DNA of 64,000 bases, taken from NCBI RefSeq assembly GCF_021028975.2, contig NC_059439.1, forward strand, positions 23,808,001 through 23,872,000. The letters run 5' to 3'. The notes under the pieces were generated by a model that saw only the letters and a program-made list of their open reading frames with translations, made no database searches and was not told the origin of the DNA. Position numbers and translations under genes: made by a program. Of this stretch, positions 1 to 13,952 are shown one piece after another (position 1 is the stretch's first letter; each line of letters opens with the position of its first letter). Source of the DNA: Sphaerodactylus townsendi (taxonomy: Eukaryota).

Positions 1-279
1 GAGCCTGTGAATGTAGGAGGCCAAGAGGAACTCCCTGAGGCAACCAAGCGGCTGGAAGTCCTCACCTTGACAGTGTCCAGAATACTTGAGGTCCCTCCTC
101 CAAGAGTCCTGCTGGTGGCATTCCTCCAGCTGTGCATGCAGCCTCTCATAAGAGAACACATCCTTCAATGGCTGCATACAGCATTCTCTACCACCAACGA
201 ATTTCATCCCTGGATTCCCCTATTTCCACCTGACGCCATGTAAAAACAATTTTGATCTTTTGGTTCTGTCTTGGAATAT

Positions 280-3200
280 CTCGGGGTGGGAGGAATAAAT
301 GCGGGAACCCAAACTTTCTCAAATATCTGAGAAAAACAGATCTAATTCTCTTACAGGGAAACTTGGCTATATCATCCCATAGATTTTGAGGGCTACAGGG
401 CCTTCTGCTCCCTAGCAATTAAATGCAATGGGCCCGACCCGTCCTTCTGAGTGAGGTCCTCTGCATTTTAATTTCTGTCTCTCTGCCAGCAAAAATTCTA
501 TCAACCCCCTCCCACTTAATTCAAGCATTGCTGATTAATTGGGGCAAATCATCACTGATATTCATTAATCATTATATATCCATACAAGTGCGAATAATAA
601 CGTTAAGTGATGACCACGTGGCAAGAATTATCCTCGTTTGTTGAGAATCTAGAACTAAAATATCCTTCAACTGAAATTACTATGTTAGGATTTCAATCCT
701 GCGAGAGTGGGTAATAATCTAACCTCATATTTGGGCATTAGAAGGTTATGATGATAGCGATTATGTCTATTCACTCTTACTTCCATCAGAGCATCATTCT
801 GAGGATACCCAGACCAATTACACTGCTAGGAGTCTGATCAGATTCACTATCAAACATAACATGTTATGGCTCAAATGGTCACAAATGCTATATGACTGTT
901 CTAATAATTTCACATTTGTTGAATGCAGCTGGGGAACAGTGTTATAGATTATTGTTTTATGTCACCAAACTTAAGAACTTCAGTCCAGTCTTTTAAGATA
1001 GGGAGACCTTCTACTAGGAGATCTGCCTCTCTCTTAACCTTGTTCTCCATCAGGAAGAGGGGATTTACGTTCCTATGGATACATCTAAAGAGTATTTACC
1101 TAAACTTTTCTGGACATCCCATTTGGCCCATACCGCCAATGAGCTAATTAATTCTCTCAGCATCTAGGTAATCTCTTAAGTGCTTTTTTTATAAGGCAGG
1201 TTAGCCTTGTGTGGCAATTGGCAATTTTGAAGCATTCATCAGAGTATATCACAGACTGTATCTTGTAAAGTCCGTTAAGCAGAAACCTCCATATATACAG
1301 CACTAGAGTTGCCCCCTGGTTTGACAAAGAGTGCCATGAATTAAACGACTAATTCGTGCATTACTCTTACCAGCAATTCAAGAGATTTAGAAATTTTAAT
1401 ATTAAACGTCTAGTTCAATATAAAACTACTCTTCATTCTTTACTGAAAGTGAAACAGGTTCAGTATGCGCTTAGAATCAGTGGGATAAACTATATCAAAA
1501 CACCATCTCCAATAGAGCTCAAGACGGATTTTTTTACTTGGGCCTTGACAAACAGACTTGACTCCAATAAAATGAGGGCGTTTTCTTCCCACATTCTCCC
1601 TGAGGTTTGGATAGATCATTTTGCTTGGCTGTTCCAAAAGGAAGAGACCAGTAGCATTTATGTCCATCACCATCATTAGATGATTCCAAATGGCCTCCTG
1701 TTTACAGCTCAGGAAATCATGGATCTAATAACTGGTGAAACCCCGTAAAGCCTCTGGCCCAGACATAATTTCCCCAGACAGACTGAAGTCGCATATGAAG
1801 TGGTGGGCACCTTTTTTGGCCCAATCTATTCACTTAAATCAATGACTCAGGCCTCCTTCCTAAATATGGCTATCTGCAGTCATTATTGCCTATTTATATA
1901 TAAGGTGACCCGCCGGATCCTGCCAACTTCCGCCCAATGACGAACGACATCAGTCATTACAGGGAAAATATATGCTAAGACACTTCTACCCAAACTACAG
2001 GCCCACCAGATGATTCATCAGAACATCATTGGCCCAGAGCAAATAGGCTTCACGAGGGGGAAATCCACGTTAGACCATGCTATGCTTCTTACGCATTTGG
2101 TTAATAAATACTCCACAAGTCCAAGAAGCAAAATTTATGCTGCCTTCATTGATTTGAAAGCAGCTTTTGACACAGTCTCTAGAAAACGTCTTTGGAATAA
2201 ATTGGCTATACAAAGGAATAGACAATAAACTTCTTTTTCTAGTCAGGCAACTTTATACCAACACAAACTGCAGAGTTAAGTGCTCACGTGAAGGTCTCAT
2301 GACTGGATTCTAACCACCTTTAAAAGGTGTGAGAGACGAGCTGTGTATTCGCGCCAACCCTTTTCAATTTATTTTTTAGGTGACCTTCCATTAGCCTTAT
2401 TGGAAATTAATAGCCATGCCCCTAAATTGGGCTCCAGGAATATTCCAATACTTCTATATGCTGATTATAACATGCTTCTATCTAGCTCAAAAGTTGGACT
2501 TAGTCGACTGCTGAATAGATGTGGGCAGTACTGCACCAGATCGCGGACTAGTCATCAATTATCAAAAGGCTTAAAGATTTTGATCTTTGCGTAATGCAAA
2601 AAACATAACTGGGCGATTAATGAAGTGCCAGTGGGTAGCAGGTTAACTAATGCACAAATATCTTGGGTACGACTTTCTTATAACCTCTCCTGGATTTACC
2701 CCACAAAAAAGCTGCTATTACGCCGGTGCTGCCATCAGTTGATGCCATTGCTGGCTTCTGCTATGGAAAGGGCCACTCCCTTGTCCCAGCAGCACTAAAA
2801 ATCTTTAACTCTAAGATAGAAGCGCAGGTGCTTTATGGAGTACCTATCACAAAACCCAGCAGTTGGCGACTCCTTGAATACTGTCCAATCCAAATTTTCC
2901 ATTAAAATTATGGGCCTGCCAAATTATTGTACCATTATGCGTCCCTCTGTTTAAGAACTGGGCCAAAATTCATTAGTTTATAGGGCTTGGTTGAGAGCTT
3001 TTAAATTTGAAAGTAGCCTGCATTTCTCGCATGATGAAGGAGCTTTTCGCTGGATTCACCTACTTTTGTCTGATACTCAGGCTAATCCATGGTTCTCTCT
3101 GATCGAAAGAAAGATTGAATCACTTGGTATATCTCATTTCGCTTTTCCAGCTATCTAGTTCAGAATCCTACAACTTGTTAAAACAAAAATTGTTGGAAAG

Positions 3201-3770
3201 CGGTGGATTAGTATTTCAGGGCTGCTATGAAAACTTGTTCCACCTTACACCTTTCAATGCACCTATATCAAAACAGGATGGCTCCCTATTTGTATTTTTT
3301 GACTAATCCGAAGTACCGGAAGAGCCCTCACACTTGCAAAACTTCAATGTTTTCCCCTCCGCTTTATTGCGTGGTAAGATTTTAACAACTTGGAAATGAA
3401 AGCGAAGAAGGGTATGCTCTTACATTGGTGAGCAACAAAGTGCGAGCATTGGCACATCGGCTTTGCTTTGCTGCTGTCCTGCTTTAATATCAGATCAAAA
3501 TATTCCAACATTCTTTCCAGGAGATACCTAAAGGTAAGGAAATGGAAGAATCAAGTAGACTTCCTTTTCTTCTGGACAATTCTGACAATGAAACTTGTGA
3601 ATTGGTTGCACAATTTTTACTGGAGGTGATGCACAATCAATAATTTATATTTTATCTTAAACCTTTGTATTTGTATACCTTTTATCTTAAACCTTTGTAT
3701 TTGTATACCTTTTATATAAGGTTTATTGTTGATATTATTCTTCTTTGGCCTGCAATGAAAGGCTGTGTAT
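280..3770 (+). mobile_element. Degenerate non-LTR retrotransposon (LINE) ORF2, APE endonuclease plus RT, RTE-X-like
   Basis: Frameshifted fragments: APE-like TDLILLQ..TWL (~336-368) and SVIDYCFMS (~940). RT motifs QIGFTRGKSTLDH, KIYAAFIDLKAAFDTVSRKRLWNKL (2010-2228) and IPILLYAD (~2440). Clade assignment is tentative. Confidence 0.8.
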
Positions 3771-4355
3771 TAGCCATTATTATAGTTGGAACCATAGTGT
3801 TGAAATTGCCCAGATTCTGTCCAGTGAAAGAACTTCAGTTACTTTTCAACAAATGGAATTTGACTTCATTTGGGAAATGAGGGGCCCACAAGGACTTATG
3901 GGGGACACCTCATTCCTCACTATTATTTTTTTCCTTTCCCTACTTTGAAAGTCCCAATAGCCTTTCACCTTTTCCCACTGATTTTCCCTTCCCACACAAC
4001 AGCCAATCTACCATTGTCTGCCCTCTCCAATCTTCTTCACTTCTCATGGTACCCTCTGTCCAAGAAAACTGTGACCCAACTGTACAGCTCCAGCCTCTGA
4101 GCATACCTGCAAGGACTAGCACAAAACACCTCATTTCCCATGTATTACACTCCCCACACTATTTCTTATTTCTCTTTTCCTAGCAGCCCCCATATCTTCA
4201 CCTTTCCCTTCTTTCTTCTCTTCTTCCCACCTACCACCTGTTCTCTTCAGCCATATTTATTATTTGCTTCAATTATAGCCCACCTTTCTCCACAATAGGG
4301 ATGCAAAATAGCTTACATCATTCTGTTCTCCACTGTATCCCAATAAGAACTCTCT

Positions 4356-4496
4356 GGCCCCTTCCGCACACGCAAAATAATGCATTTTCAAATCACTTTC
4401 ACAACTGTTTGCAAGTGGATTTTGCCACTCCGCACAGCTTCAAAGAGCACTGAAAGCAGTTTGAAAGTGCATTATTCTGCATATGCGGAATGAGCC
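4356..4496. mobile_element. ~140-bp palindromic MITE (PIF/Harbinger-like), family A
   Basis: Imperfect TIRs GGCCCCTTCCGCAC...GCGGAATGAGCC; about nine copies in the window. Confidence 0.65.
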
Positions 4497-5763
4497 TATG
4501 AGACAGAGTAGTTTGACAATGTATGACCCAGTCAAATGTTATGGTAAAGTAGGGAATTGAATAGAATAAAAGATATAATAGTGTATCCAGATCCTAGTCT
4601 GATACTCTAAACACTGCACCACACTGCCTCATAATCACTCTTAAAGAAGAGGAAGATTAGTTGGTTTTTATACCCCGCTTTTCTCTACCTTTAAGGAGTC
4701 TCAAAGCAGTTTAAAATACCCTTCCCTTTCCCTTCCCATAATGGACACCTTGTGAAGGAGGCAAGGCTGAAAAAATTCTGAGAGAACTGTGTTTGGTCCA
4801 ATGTCAGGCTTCTTGTAGAGGAGCAGGAAATCAAATGCAGTGAAGGAATGTGTGAAAGAAAGGGAAATCAAACCCAGTTCTCCACACAAGAGTACACCAC
4901 TCATGTGGAGGAGTGGGAAATCAAATCTAGTTCTCTACATGAGAGTCCATTGCTCTTAATCACTATACCATGCTGGCAAAAAAAAAGTTGAAGAAAGAAA
5001 TCAGTGCCTCATGCAATAGTCAGGAGATAAATATAGAGATACCCCTTCAAGTGTATAGGTGCTGGACTATAAAGGGTTTTAAGGGTCAAATCAGCACCTT
5101 GAATTGAAGCCAGAAACTAATTAGCAGTTGTCTTTCTACATTTATTTGTAGTATAGACTCACAAAAGGAGAAAGATCTTTGCCACAATGTATCCCAAAGA
5201 TCCATGTAAAATTTTTGGATTGAATATATTACACAGACAACAGACTTTCAAAACCTGAAGATCGCTTAAAGATTAATTGTCACTTATTAAATTTAAGAAT
5301 TTGATGACTTTAAGTTATTAAACTGCAAATTGGGTGCTCTTTGGCTTGGCAGATATATAAATTAGGGCAACAAGGCTTGTGTATGATTATACACAGGGCA
5401 GTATCTATCTAATTAACCAATCACTTTTGTTAAATTCTCCAACAAAATACAAAAATCGCAGAGTAAAATATTTAGTAAAAATTATAAAATATAATATAAA
5501 ATATTTAACAATTAGTAAAAATGTAATATCTGGCAAAAGTATGACACAGTCAAGCATGTATTCATTATATTTGAATCCTGTTTATTCAGAATATACTTAT
5601 CATGTAAATTCATTGAATGTAACAGTGATTTACAGGACCATCCTAAGTAGAACTACATTTTTCAATGTCTATTGACTTTGATGGAATTAGAACAGCATAA
5701 CTCAGTTGAGGACTGTGCCAACACTGTGGTTGGATGGATCGGCAAAGCAGATATTTCTACTTT

Positions 5764-6699
5764 CTAAAAAATATCTCTTCCAGACATCAGTTTCTTCAGG
5801 GAATCCTTCATTTCTCTGTTTCTGAGGCTGTAGATTAAGGGATTCAACACAGGGCACACGACAGTGTAAAAAAACGAGAGCACTTTTTCAGTGTCCCTAG
5901 AATTTGCTGATGTGGGTCTGAGATAGGTGAGAACAGCGGAACCGTAAAAAAGAGTCACCACTGTGATGTGGGAAGAGCAAGTGGAGAACGACTTGCTTCT
6001 GCGTTTAGTCAATGACATCGTCAGGATAGCATGGAGGATGCGGATGTAGGAGAGCAAGATCAGCAGGAAGGGAAGCATGATGAAGATCACGGTCACCGTG
6101 TAAATGATGACTTCGCTTCTGTAAGTGTCTGCACAGGCCAACCTGAGCAGTGGAGGGAGATCGCAGAAGAAATGCTTGATCTTGTTGGGTCCACAGAAGG
6201 GGAGAGTGAATATTAATGTTGCTGGCACTACAACCACCAAGGCTCCACTAAGCCAGCAGGCTGCAGAGATCTGAAGGCAAACTGTCCGGTTCATAATGAC
6301 AGAATAATGCAAAGGGCAGCATATTGCGACATAGCGATCATACGCCATCGCAGCCAGCAGACAACACTCTGCAATTCCAAGAGAGCCAAAGAAATACATC
6401 TGTATGGCACAGCCAATGAATGATATGCTGGTGTCCTCTGACAGAAAGTTGGACAGCATTTTGGGGATTATAGTGGAGGTGTAACCAATCTCTAGGAATG
6501 ATAAATTTCGAAGGAAGAAATACATGGGAGATTGAAGAACAGGGTTTGTCAAACTAGCAAGGATGATGAAGACATTTCCTATGAGGGTCAAAAGGTACAA
6601 TGACAGCACCAGCGAAAAGAGGAGTATCTGGATAGTGTGTATATCAGATAACGGCTCAAAAATGAATTGAGACACAGGTGAATGGTTCCCAACATCCAT
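5764..6699 (-). CDS. Olfactory receptor, intact, 311 aa (class II, family 10-like)
   Basis: Single-exon ORF with OR motifs LQSPMYFFLRNLS, MAYDRYVAIC, FFCD..LACADT, KSFSTCSSH, PVLNPLIYSLRN; N-terminal NHS sequon. Confidence 0.95.
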   Translation of the reverse strand: MDVGNHSPVSQFIFEPLSDIHTIQILLFSLVLSLYLLTLIGNVFIILASLTNPVLQSPMYFFLRNLSFLEIGYTSTIIPKMLSNFLSEDTSISFIGCAIQMYFFGSLGIAECCLLAAMAYDRYVAICCPLHYSVIMNRTVCLQISAACWLSGALVVVVPATLIFTLPFCGPNKIKHFFCDLPPLLRLACADTYRSEVIIYTVTVIFIMLPFLLILLSYIRILHAILTMSLTKRRSKSFSTCSSHITVVTLFYGSAVLTYLRPTSANSRDTEKVLSFFYTVVCPVLNPLIYSLRNREMKDSLKKLMSGRDIF

Positions 6700-8960
6700 A
6701 GTACACCATTATATTTTCTGTAGTGATAACAAAGATTCATTAATAGGTTACATTTATTAGATCAAAACATTAATTGTAAACATTTGGTTGCATTCACTGA
6801 ACTTTCTTTAAAGAAGGACAGTTTTCTGTATCAACAGAACCCTTTCTCTTCTAAAGAAAGAGCTAGTGGAAGATAGAAATCAGATGCAATTTGGGGGAAG
6901 CTAATAATCAGATCCAACTCAATATCTCTCTTCTCTGCCACCAGAGCCTTCCTCCTATCTATGGTTTGCCATATTCTTTAAGTACCAAAATCTTTCCAAC
7001 TCGCAAATATGAAGTCTCTTCTTCTGTGTCTTATGGATACCTAATAGGAAGAAGAGGTGAACTGTCTTGTTCAGGGATAATTGATCATGCTGATTCCTAC
7101 AATGTTTTACCACAGCTGTTTTATCTCAAAAACTGTTTTCTCCCATCCCAAGTCTCTTCATTATGCACCAGTTCTCTCGGCAGCCAGGAATTCTCTCTTT
7201 CTCTTTCTCCCTCTCCCTGTTTGGCCCTAAAGAAACACACTTGGATGATCAAGAAAGACTGGATCAGTTTCATTTCACATTCCTAGATTTCGCGGGACAC
7301 TTTTCCCAATGAATATATTGGGTGATCCCCTAGTGGATGGAGACTGAAATTGGCCAAGACTTTCAGGGGCTAAGAAAGCCTTAGGGTTTGGAATTACAAA
7401 TAGTGGGGGCTTTTCTGGTGCATGGAGACGTTCTCTTTAACACATCTATTCCACCAGAGACTAGAGGAATAGAGAAAGACTCCGCTGGCTCCAACTATTC
7501 ACCAGTTGCAAGACATTGTGCACTGCATTCATTTGGGTGGTCAGAGATGAACACCAGGAAACTGAAATGAAATTGCCCATGGTTTCCTTAGTCAGGGATG
7601 TATGCCTATCTATTTAGACAATGTTTGTGCTGCCCCTCCAGAGACCTGAACAATGAGGCACACAAGGTAAAAATAATACAATTGTAAACCCGCACAGAAA
7701 AGAAGAATTAAAACTGGCCAGGCAAGAAGATAAGAGGGGAGAATTTTGCCAACTGCACAGATGCAAAGGCAGAATATTCAAAAATATGCTTTTATAAAGG
7801 ATATCCCATGATGCCCTAGGGCATGAAACTCAAGCACAGATTAGAAGCACTTATGTACCTGCCATGGTAAAGGCTGCCACGACATAGAGAGCTACTCACG
7901 ATGCAATTTGCAAGCATGTTTGAGGTCATCAAATAGGCATAGAAGTAATCATAAGAAGGTCTACGTGGAGCTAAGTGCCATGTTACTCAGTGGTGCTTAC
8001 TCCCAGGAAAGTGTTCTTAGGATAGCAGCCACGATACAGGAATTTGAAATTCGAATGTCGATCACATTGTTGCCAAGGTCTCGGCACCATAATTTAAATA
8101 ACAATATTCACCTTTTGTTCTTCCAATTAAAGACATTTGAGACATAAGACCCATGACAGATTTGACCGATAAAATATAACAGTGTGGACAAAAAAGTTTG
8201 ACAGTCCTAAAATAAGGCTTTCTCATTTACCTGCATCAGGAAGAGCATCTTTCTTACCATCCATTGTCTTGACAATATTAAACCTTTCCCATGTCTCTTG
8301 AGGGTGTCCCTTTGGAGAACTGAGTTGTTACTAATCATCCAATTAGATTTTTCAACACACAATTACAAAAGGAGCATATCCAGAGATTTATTATTGCCAA
8401 AATAAAAGGCAACCATTATTTGGAAAATGTATACATTACCATACCAGTGTGTGTACCTGTACATGCATTACAAATACCTTAGTACCAAAGCTAGCAATAG
8501 TAAATAGCATAGTGGGAGGAGGTGAGGGAGGCAACACCATGCCCCCTTCCTCTTAGCATCCTACAGGGTCTGCTCATGGAAACAGCACATGACCACATCA
8601 GCAGATTTGCCCCCCTTGGGGCTCTTGTCATGGGGAGAGGCAAAAACACCAATGTGTAGCCACCATGACCCTCCCTGGTCTAGGATGTGGCACCAGTTGC
8701 AGCTCTAACGTCCCTGCACCTCTGCCACCACCAGCATAGCAGGCACAAAATGTGGGCATGGCCGGGGGGGGGGGAGCCTACATTAGTTGGCTCCATCCTT
8801 ATTATGTTACACGATCCATTAGTCGGCTCCATCCTCACCATGTTATGCTGTCAGCTGGAAATTCAGACTTATGAAAACCTTTTGTGTCGTGTAAGTCTAT
8901 TGAGTCTCAGGAGCTTGGGCGCCCCTGCACCGGCAGGAATCCTGCCAGTGGAGGGGTGGG

Positions 8961-9468
8961 GGCCGTTCGCACGGGAGCATGCGAGAAGCCCCCGCAGAGG
9001 CTGGCGCGGGAGAGGCGGCTCCACATGGAGCCGCCTCTTCCCCATCCCCCCTCACCTCGGCGTCCTGCGTCGCCCTGCTGGACTACTAAGACCCACCCAT
9101 GCTGCCCTCCAACTTCCAGGGGTCGGAGGACAGCGAGGGAGGGCCTCAGCAGTCCGGTAGAGTGACACAGGATGATGAGGTGAGGGGGGGACGGGGAAAA
9201 CAGCGTGTTCCCTGCGGTGCCGTTCGCACAGCGCTGGAGGGAACACGCTGTTTTTCAAAAATGAGAACACACTGTTTTTCAAAAACGGGAACACGCACTG
9301 GCGGGAACACGCTGTTTTTTGGGGCAGCCTGACGCCGCTCTGGGGGACGTGGAGGGAAGCCAGGTTTGCGCTGCTGCATTTCAGCAGCGCCGCCTGTGCG
9401 AATGGCACCTTAGGGATGGCATTTTTGCCGTTCCTAAGGCGTCGTATTTAGGCCGTGCAGAAACGGCC
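8961..9468. mobile_element. GC-rich non-autonomous DNA transposon (Harbinger-like MITE, family B)
   Basis: Ends in CGTGCAGAAACGGCC like the 18376-18891 element; similar to 28580-29000; left end approximate. Confidence 0.6.
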
Positions 9469-9592
9469 TCAAAGAGGCTTTTCAGTAGCAGGGAGGCTTC
9501 CTGGTCTCTTGGATGGGGCTGCCCCCCACGTAGCCTCTCTTAACCACTATACCACAAAACAAATAAGTTGGGCTAGAGTAGACTCTAATTCT

Positions 9593-10591
9593 CTAAAGCA
9601 CAATTGATTCTGTTTTAATGTTGAAAAAAGATTTCTGTAATGTCACGTGAAGAGTGAACTTTCTGAAACACTTCTTCATAGCTTTCTTCACTTCCTTGTT
9701 TCTTAGACTATATATGAGGGGATTAACCATAGGAGTCAAGACTGTGTAGAACAGGGAGAAGACTTTCTTCACATATCTCAGCTTCCTTGAATGGGGAAGC
9801 ATGTAGACAAGCATTAGAGTGCCATAAAAAAGGGCAACCACTGTGAGGTGAGATGAGCAGGTGGAGAAGGCTTTTTGCCTCCCAGTGGTGGATGGGATTC
9901 TGAGAATTGTCACAATGATCAATGCATACGACATCAATGTGAGTAAGAAAGGAGGCAGGGTGAATGCACAGGCAAATATGAATGCAGTCATTTCTACAAT
10001 GTAGGTGTCACTGCAGGAGATTTCCTTTATGACTGGAGATAAATCACAGAGGTAATGATCAATTTCACGGGGCCCACAGAAAGATAATGACGTCACCGAA
10101 AGGGTTGTGCTTGTGCTAACCAAAATCCCACTGATCCAAGAAACAGTGGCTAAACGAAGGCACAACTGGCCATTCATGAGGGCAGCATAGTGCAATGGCT
10201 TGCAGACAGCTAAGTACCTGTCATAAGACATCACAGACAGGAGGCAGCATTCAGCTCCTCCCAAGCAAGCAAACAGATAAAACTGGATGAAACAGGCTTT
10301 GACGGATATACCCCTTTCCCCAGTCAGAAGACTCGCCAGCATTCTGGGCAAGATAGTTGAGCTGTAGCAGGATTCCAAGAAGGACAAGTTTCCCAAGAAG
10401 AAATACATGGGAGTTCGAAGGTGTTGATCAGCCAGAACTAGCAAAATAATGAGGAGGTTCCCAGCCATGGTCACCAAGTAGATCACAAAGAAGAGCAGGA
10501 AAAGAAACAGCTCCAATTTCGGAAGGTCCCCAAATCCCAAGAGGAGGAATTCAGAAACAGTTGTTTGGTTTTGCCATTCGTCATTTGTCAT
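9593..10591 (-). CDS. Olfactory receptor, intact, ~332 aa (class II, family 11/6-like)
   Basis: Likely start MTNDEWQNQT just after a splice-acceptor-like tttttgatgcag; motifs [44 protein letters not shown]. Confidence 0.93.
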   Translation of the reverse strand: MTNDEWQNQTTVSEFLLLGFGDLPKLELFLFLLFFVIYLVTMAGNLLIILLVLADQHLRTPMYFFLGNLSFLESCYSSTILPRMLASLLTGERGISVKACFIQFYLFACLGGAECCLLSVMSYDRYLAVCKPLHYAALMNGQLCLRLATVSWISGILVSTSTTLSVTSLSFCGPREIDHYLCDLSPVIKEISCSDTYIVEMTAFIFACAFTLPPFLLTLMSYALIIVTILRIPSTTGRQKAFSTCSSHLTVVALFYGTLMLVYMLPHSRKLRYVKKVFSLFYTVLTPMVNPLIYSLRNKEVKKAMKKCFRKFTLHVTLQKSFFNIKTESIVL

Positions 10592-10891
10592 GGCTGCATC
10601 AAAAAAAAGATAAAGTATTTGGACATATGTTTTGCCAATCTCAAATTTACCCCTTTGAATTCCTGAGCCATCCTGCAGAAAATGCACCTCTTGGATGGCT
10701 CAGAACCATAACTTTGTCTTTACGGGATTGGTTCCAATAATTCCTTTCTATTACAATATATCCCTTCCAGAATGAGGGGGTACATTGTTGAGATTGTTGA
10801 ATAAAGGACAACATTTCACATTGCTGGTGATAGATCCAACAGTTCTTCACTTGTGTAAAAAAATACCTAGCACAGCTGAAAGACAATAGGA

Positions 10892-11409
10892 GAACATAAA
10901 AACATAAGAACATAAGAACTAGCCTGCTGGATCAGACCAGAGTCCACCTAGTCCAGCACTCTGCTACTCGCAGTGGCCCACCAGGTGCCTTTGGGAGCTC
11001 ACATGCAGGAGATGAAAGCAATGGCCTTCTGCTGCTGCTGCTCCTGAGCACCTGGTCTGCTAAGGCATTTGCAATCTGAGATCAAGGAGGATCAAGATTG
11101 GTAGCCATAGATAGACTTCTCCTCCATAAATCTGTCCAAGCCCCTTTTAAAGCTATCCAGGTTAGTGGCCATCACCACCTCCTGTGGCAGCATATTCCAA
11201 ACACCAATCACACGTTGTGTGAAAAAGTGTTTCCTTTTATTAGTCCTAATTCTTCCCCCCAGCATTTTCAATGAATGCCCCCTGGTTCTAGTATTGTGAG
11301 AAAGAAAGAAAAATTTCTCTCTGTCAACATTTTCTACCCCATGCATAATTGTATAGACTTCAATCATATCCCCCCTCAGACGTCTCCTCTCCAAACTAAA
11401 GAGTCCCAA
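10892..11409 (-). mobile_element. CR1 LINE, 5'-truncated 3' end
   Basis: LGLFSLERRRLRGDMIEVY...FFTQRVIGVWNMLP is the CR1 ORF2 C-terminus; 3' terminal octamer repeats (ATAAGAAC)n. Confidence 0.9.
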
Positions 11410-11767
11410 TATGCCAAATAGAGAATATGCAATTCTACCTAGAAATTGCTTTCCTTATGTTGCTTTTTAACTCAATGTATTACTAATGAATCTTGGGCAC
11501 ATGTTCAATAAAAATATCAACAAAGGTCCTGTATCTCAATGTCTGTCTATTATTCTGTAGAGCCACATCTGGAAAATTATATTTAGCTGTGGTCACCCAA
11601 TATCAAAAAGGATAGCTGGACTAGTGCAGAAAAATACAACCAATTCAACCAATGGGTTGGAGCACTTCTGAAGAAGCATCAGTTTTTATACTCTGCTTTT
11701 CTCAAACTTTAAGGTGTCTTAAAGTGGCTTACAATCACTTCCTTCCTCTCCTCACAACAGACACCTA

Positions 11768-11907
11768 GGCTGATTCTGCATGGGCCAAAAACAGTGGTGT
11801 GAAAACGGTGTGAAACCAGTATAAACCCTTTTGCACCGTTTTAAACCCTTTTACACCATTTTCACACCGTTTTCACACCGCTGTTTTTGGCTCATGCGGA
11901 ATGAGCC
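11768..11907. mobile_element. Palindromic MITE (Harbinger-like) nested in a SINE-like repeat
   Basis: Long inverted arms GGCTGATTCTGCATGGGCCAAAAACAG...CTGTTTTTGGCTCATGCGGAATGAGCC. Confidence 0.6.
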
Positions 11908-12904
11908 CTTGTGAGGTAGTTGGGTCTGAGAAAGTTCTGTGACTAGCCCAACGTCACCCAGCAGCTTTTGTGAGCAGGAGTGGGGAAACAGACCTGGTTC
12001 ACTGGATTACAGTCCATCAAAAGTGTGGAGGAGGGGGGAATAAAACCCAGTTTTCCAGATTGGAGTCCACCATTCTTAACCACTTCACTACACTGGCTCA
12101 AAGGCTAAAGCATTTGTGGCTTTAAAAAAAATAGAAAAAAAGAGGGCTATGATAGGAACTAATGGCAATCCCCGCAAGTGGCTTTCAAGGCAAATTAGAA
12201 GCAAAGGTGAATTACCACTGCCCTTCTCTGCAGAGTCTTCCTTGATGGTCTCCCTTCCAAGTACCCCTCCTGCTTGACTTCCAAGATCTGATTTAGCTGT
12301 GTAATGCCACTTCCCTCCATAAGAAAACAATCATCCCTCCATGTGGGATTATTAGCAGGCAAAGAAGTTGTGAAACTATGGTTTACCTTATGGCTCAAGC
12401 AGATTCCTGAATTTCTGGTAGGACCTTTTGCATAGCCGAAATTCACTTCTTGTTCTTCTCTGAAGACACATATGCTGCACAGCCCTGCTGAAAAGTCTGT
12501 ATTTCTTGTTGTTTCTGCTCCCGCATACATATTCATTGTTTTTTTTTCAAATGGTGTTTGCTAGATATCGCACACCTCTCTCTCTCTCTCTCTTCTTTTT
12601 CTAGGCATGTTTCCCTTTAATAGACTCAAACCTATTTTACTTTCACAAAAAGTTAATTATTTTTTGTGCTTGGTAGGAAAGAAGACCATTTCCCTTGATG
12701 TTTTCAGTAATTGAACTTGCAGTCTACTGGGAAGGCCAAACAGGGAGGGTCCTTGGCTCAGTGGCAGTATACACATTTTCCACAGAGAAGATCCCATTTT
12801 CAGTCTCTAATATTTCAAGTTAAAGCTATTGGGCATTTATTTACTATAAACCTTGGAGGAGGGGCCGGAGAAAGGGGGAACTGCACCCAGGGCACGTGTT
12901 CATC

Positions 12905-13370
12905 CTGCTCCCCTGCCCCTGTCCTGCCCCTGCCCCTGCCCCTACCCACCCCTACCCCACACCAGAATGCCCCAACCATGCCCCCTACATGCCCTGGCCA
13001 TGCCCTGCCCCTGCCCCTACCCACCCCTATCCCTCACCAGAATGCCCCAACCATGCCCCCTCCATGCCCTGGCCATGCCCCTACCCACCCCTACCCCACA
13101 CCAGAATGCCCCAACCATGTCCCCCCATGCCCTGGCCATGTCCTGCCCCTGCCCTTGCCCCTACCCACCCCTATCCCTCACCAGAATGCCCCAACCATGC
13201 CCCCTCCATGCCCTGGCCATGCCCCATCCCTGCCCCTACCCACCCCTAGCCAATACCAGAATGCCCCAACCATGCCCCCTCCATGCCCTGGCCATGCCCC
13301 TACCCACCCCTACCCCACACCAGAATGCCCCAACCATGCCCCCTCCATGCCCTGGCCATGCCCCTACCCC
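12905..13370. repeat. C-rich minisatellite, ~60-78-bp unit, about 6 copies
   Basis: Repeated CCCTACCCCACACCAGAATGCCCCAACCATGCCCCCTCCATGCCCTGGCCATG. Confidence 0.9.
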
Positions 13371-13952
13371 GGCATGCACCCGGTGCATCGTATATCCCCC
13401 CTGCCCCCTTGGCGCTGCGCCACTGCCCTGGAGAGCTGATGCCAAACAGAAGAGACAACATACTACATAGATCAAGACTCAGGCTTGATATATGGCGATG
13501 TCATATGTTCCAAGATTATGAGAGATGAATTAAAAGTTTAACCAATCATCACACATAATCTTGTTTAATAAGAAAACATGATTCTTTATCTGTTGCCAAC
13601 CAGGCAGCTCTGATTATTTCAGACCACTGGACATGCTGAACAGTGACGTTGATGGATTCTGAAACCATCAGACAACTCCTACACTAATGAAATGCATTAA
13701 CACTGAACTTCACCAGTATGATGGAGGACATGTGAATTGATAGACAGATTGGCATATCTCATTACCAAAAACATCTTGTATGAACTTTTCATGTATGGGA
13801 ATTGCCCTCAGGTCTATAGCATTTTCCCATTGTGAATAATCTCTTTTCTAAAGGAGCAGAATGTAGATAATGATAATTTATAGAATTCTATGTTCCTTTA
13901 AAAGACGACAGAGATGATAGCTCCTTGGAGACAGTATACTTGTTAAACACTT

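Noticed and set aside
10592-10687. N-terminal extensions of OR ORFs (also 38768-38893, 44035-44055, 49455-49562)
   Set aside because: Non-ATG or upstream starts that run through probable intron and acceptor sequence; real starts are just before the NQT sequon
12711-13528. Pro/Cys-rich ORFs of up to 242 aa, superficially like keratin-associated or cornified-envelope proteins
   Set aside because: All frames are open because of the C-rich minisatellite; there is no gene structure
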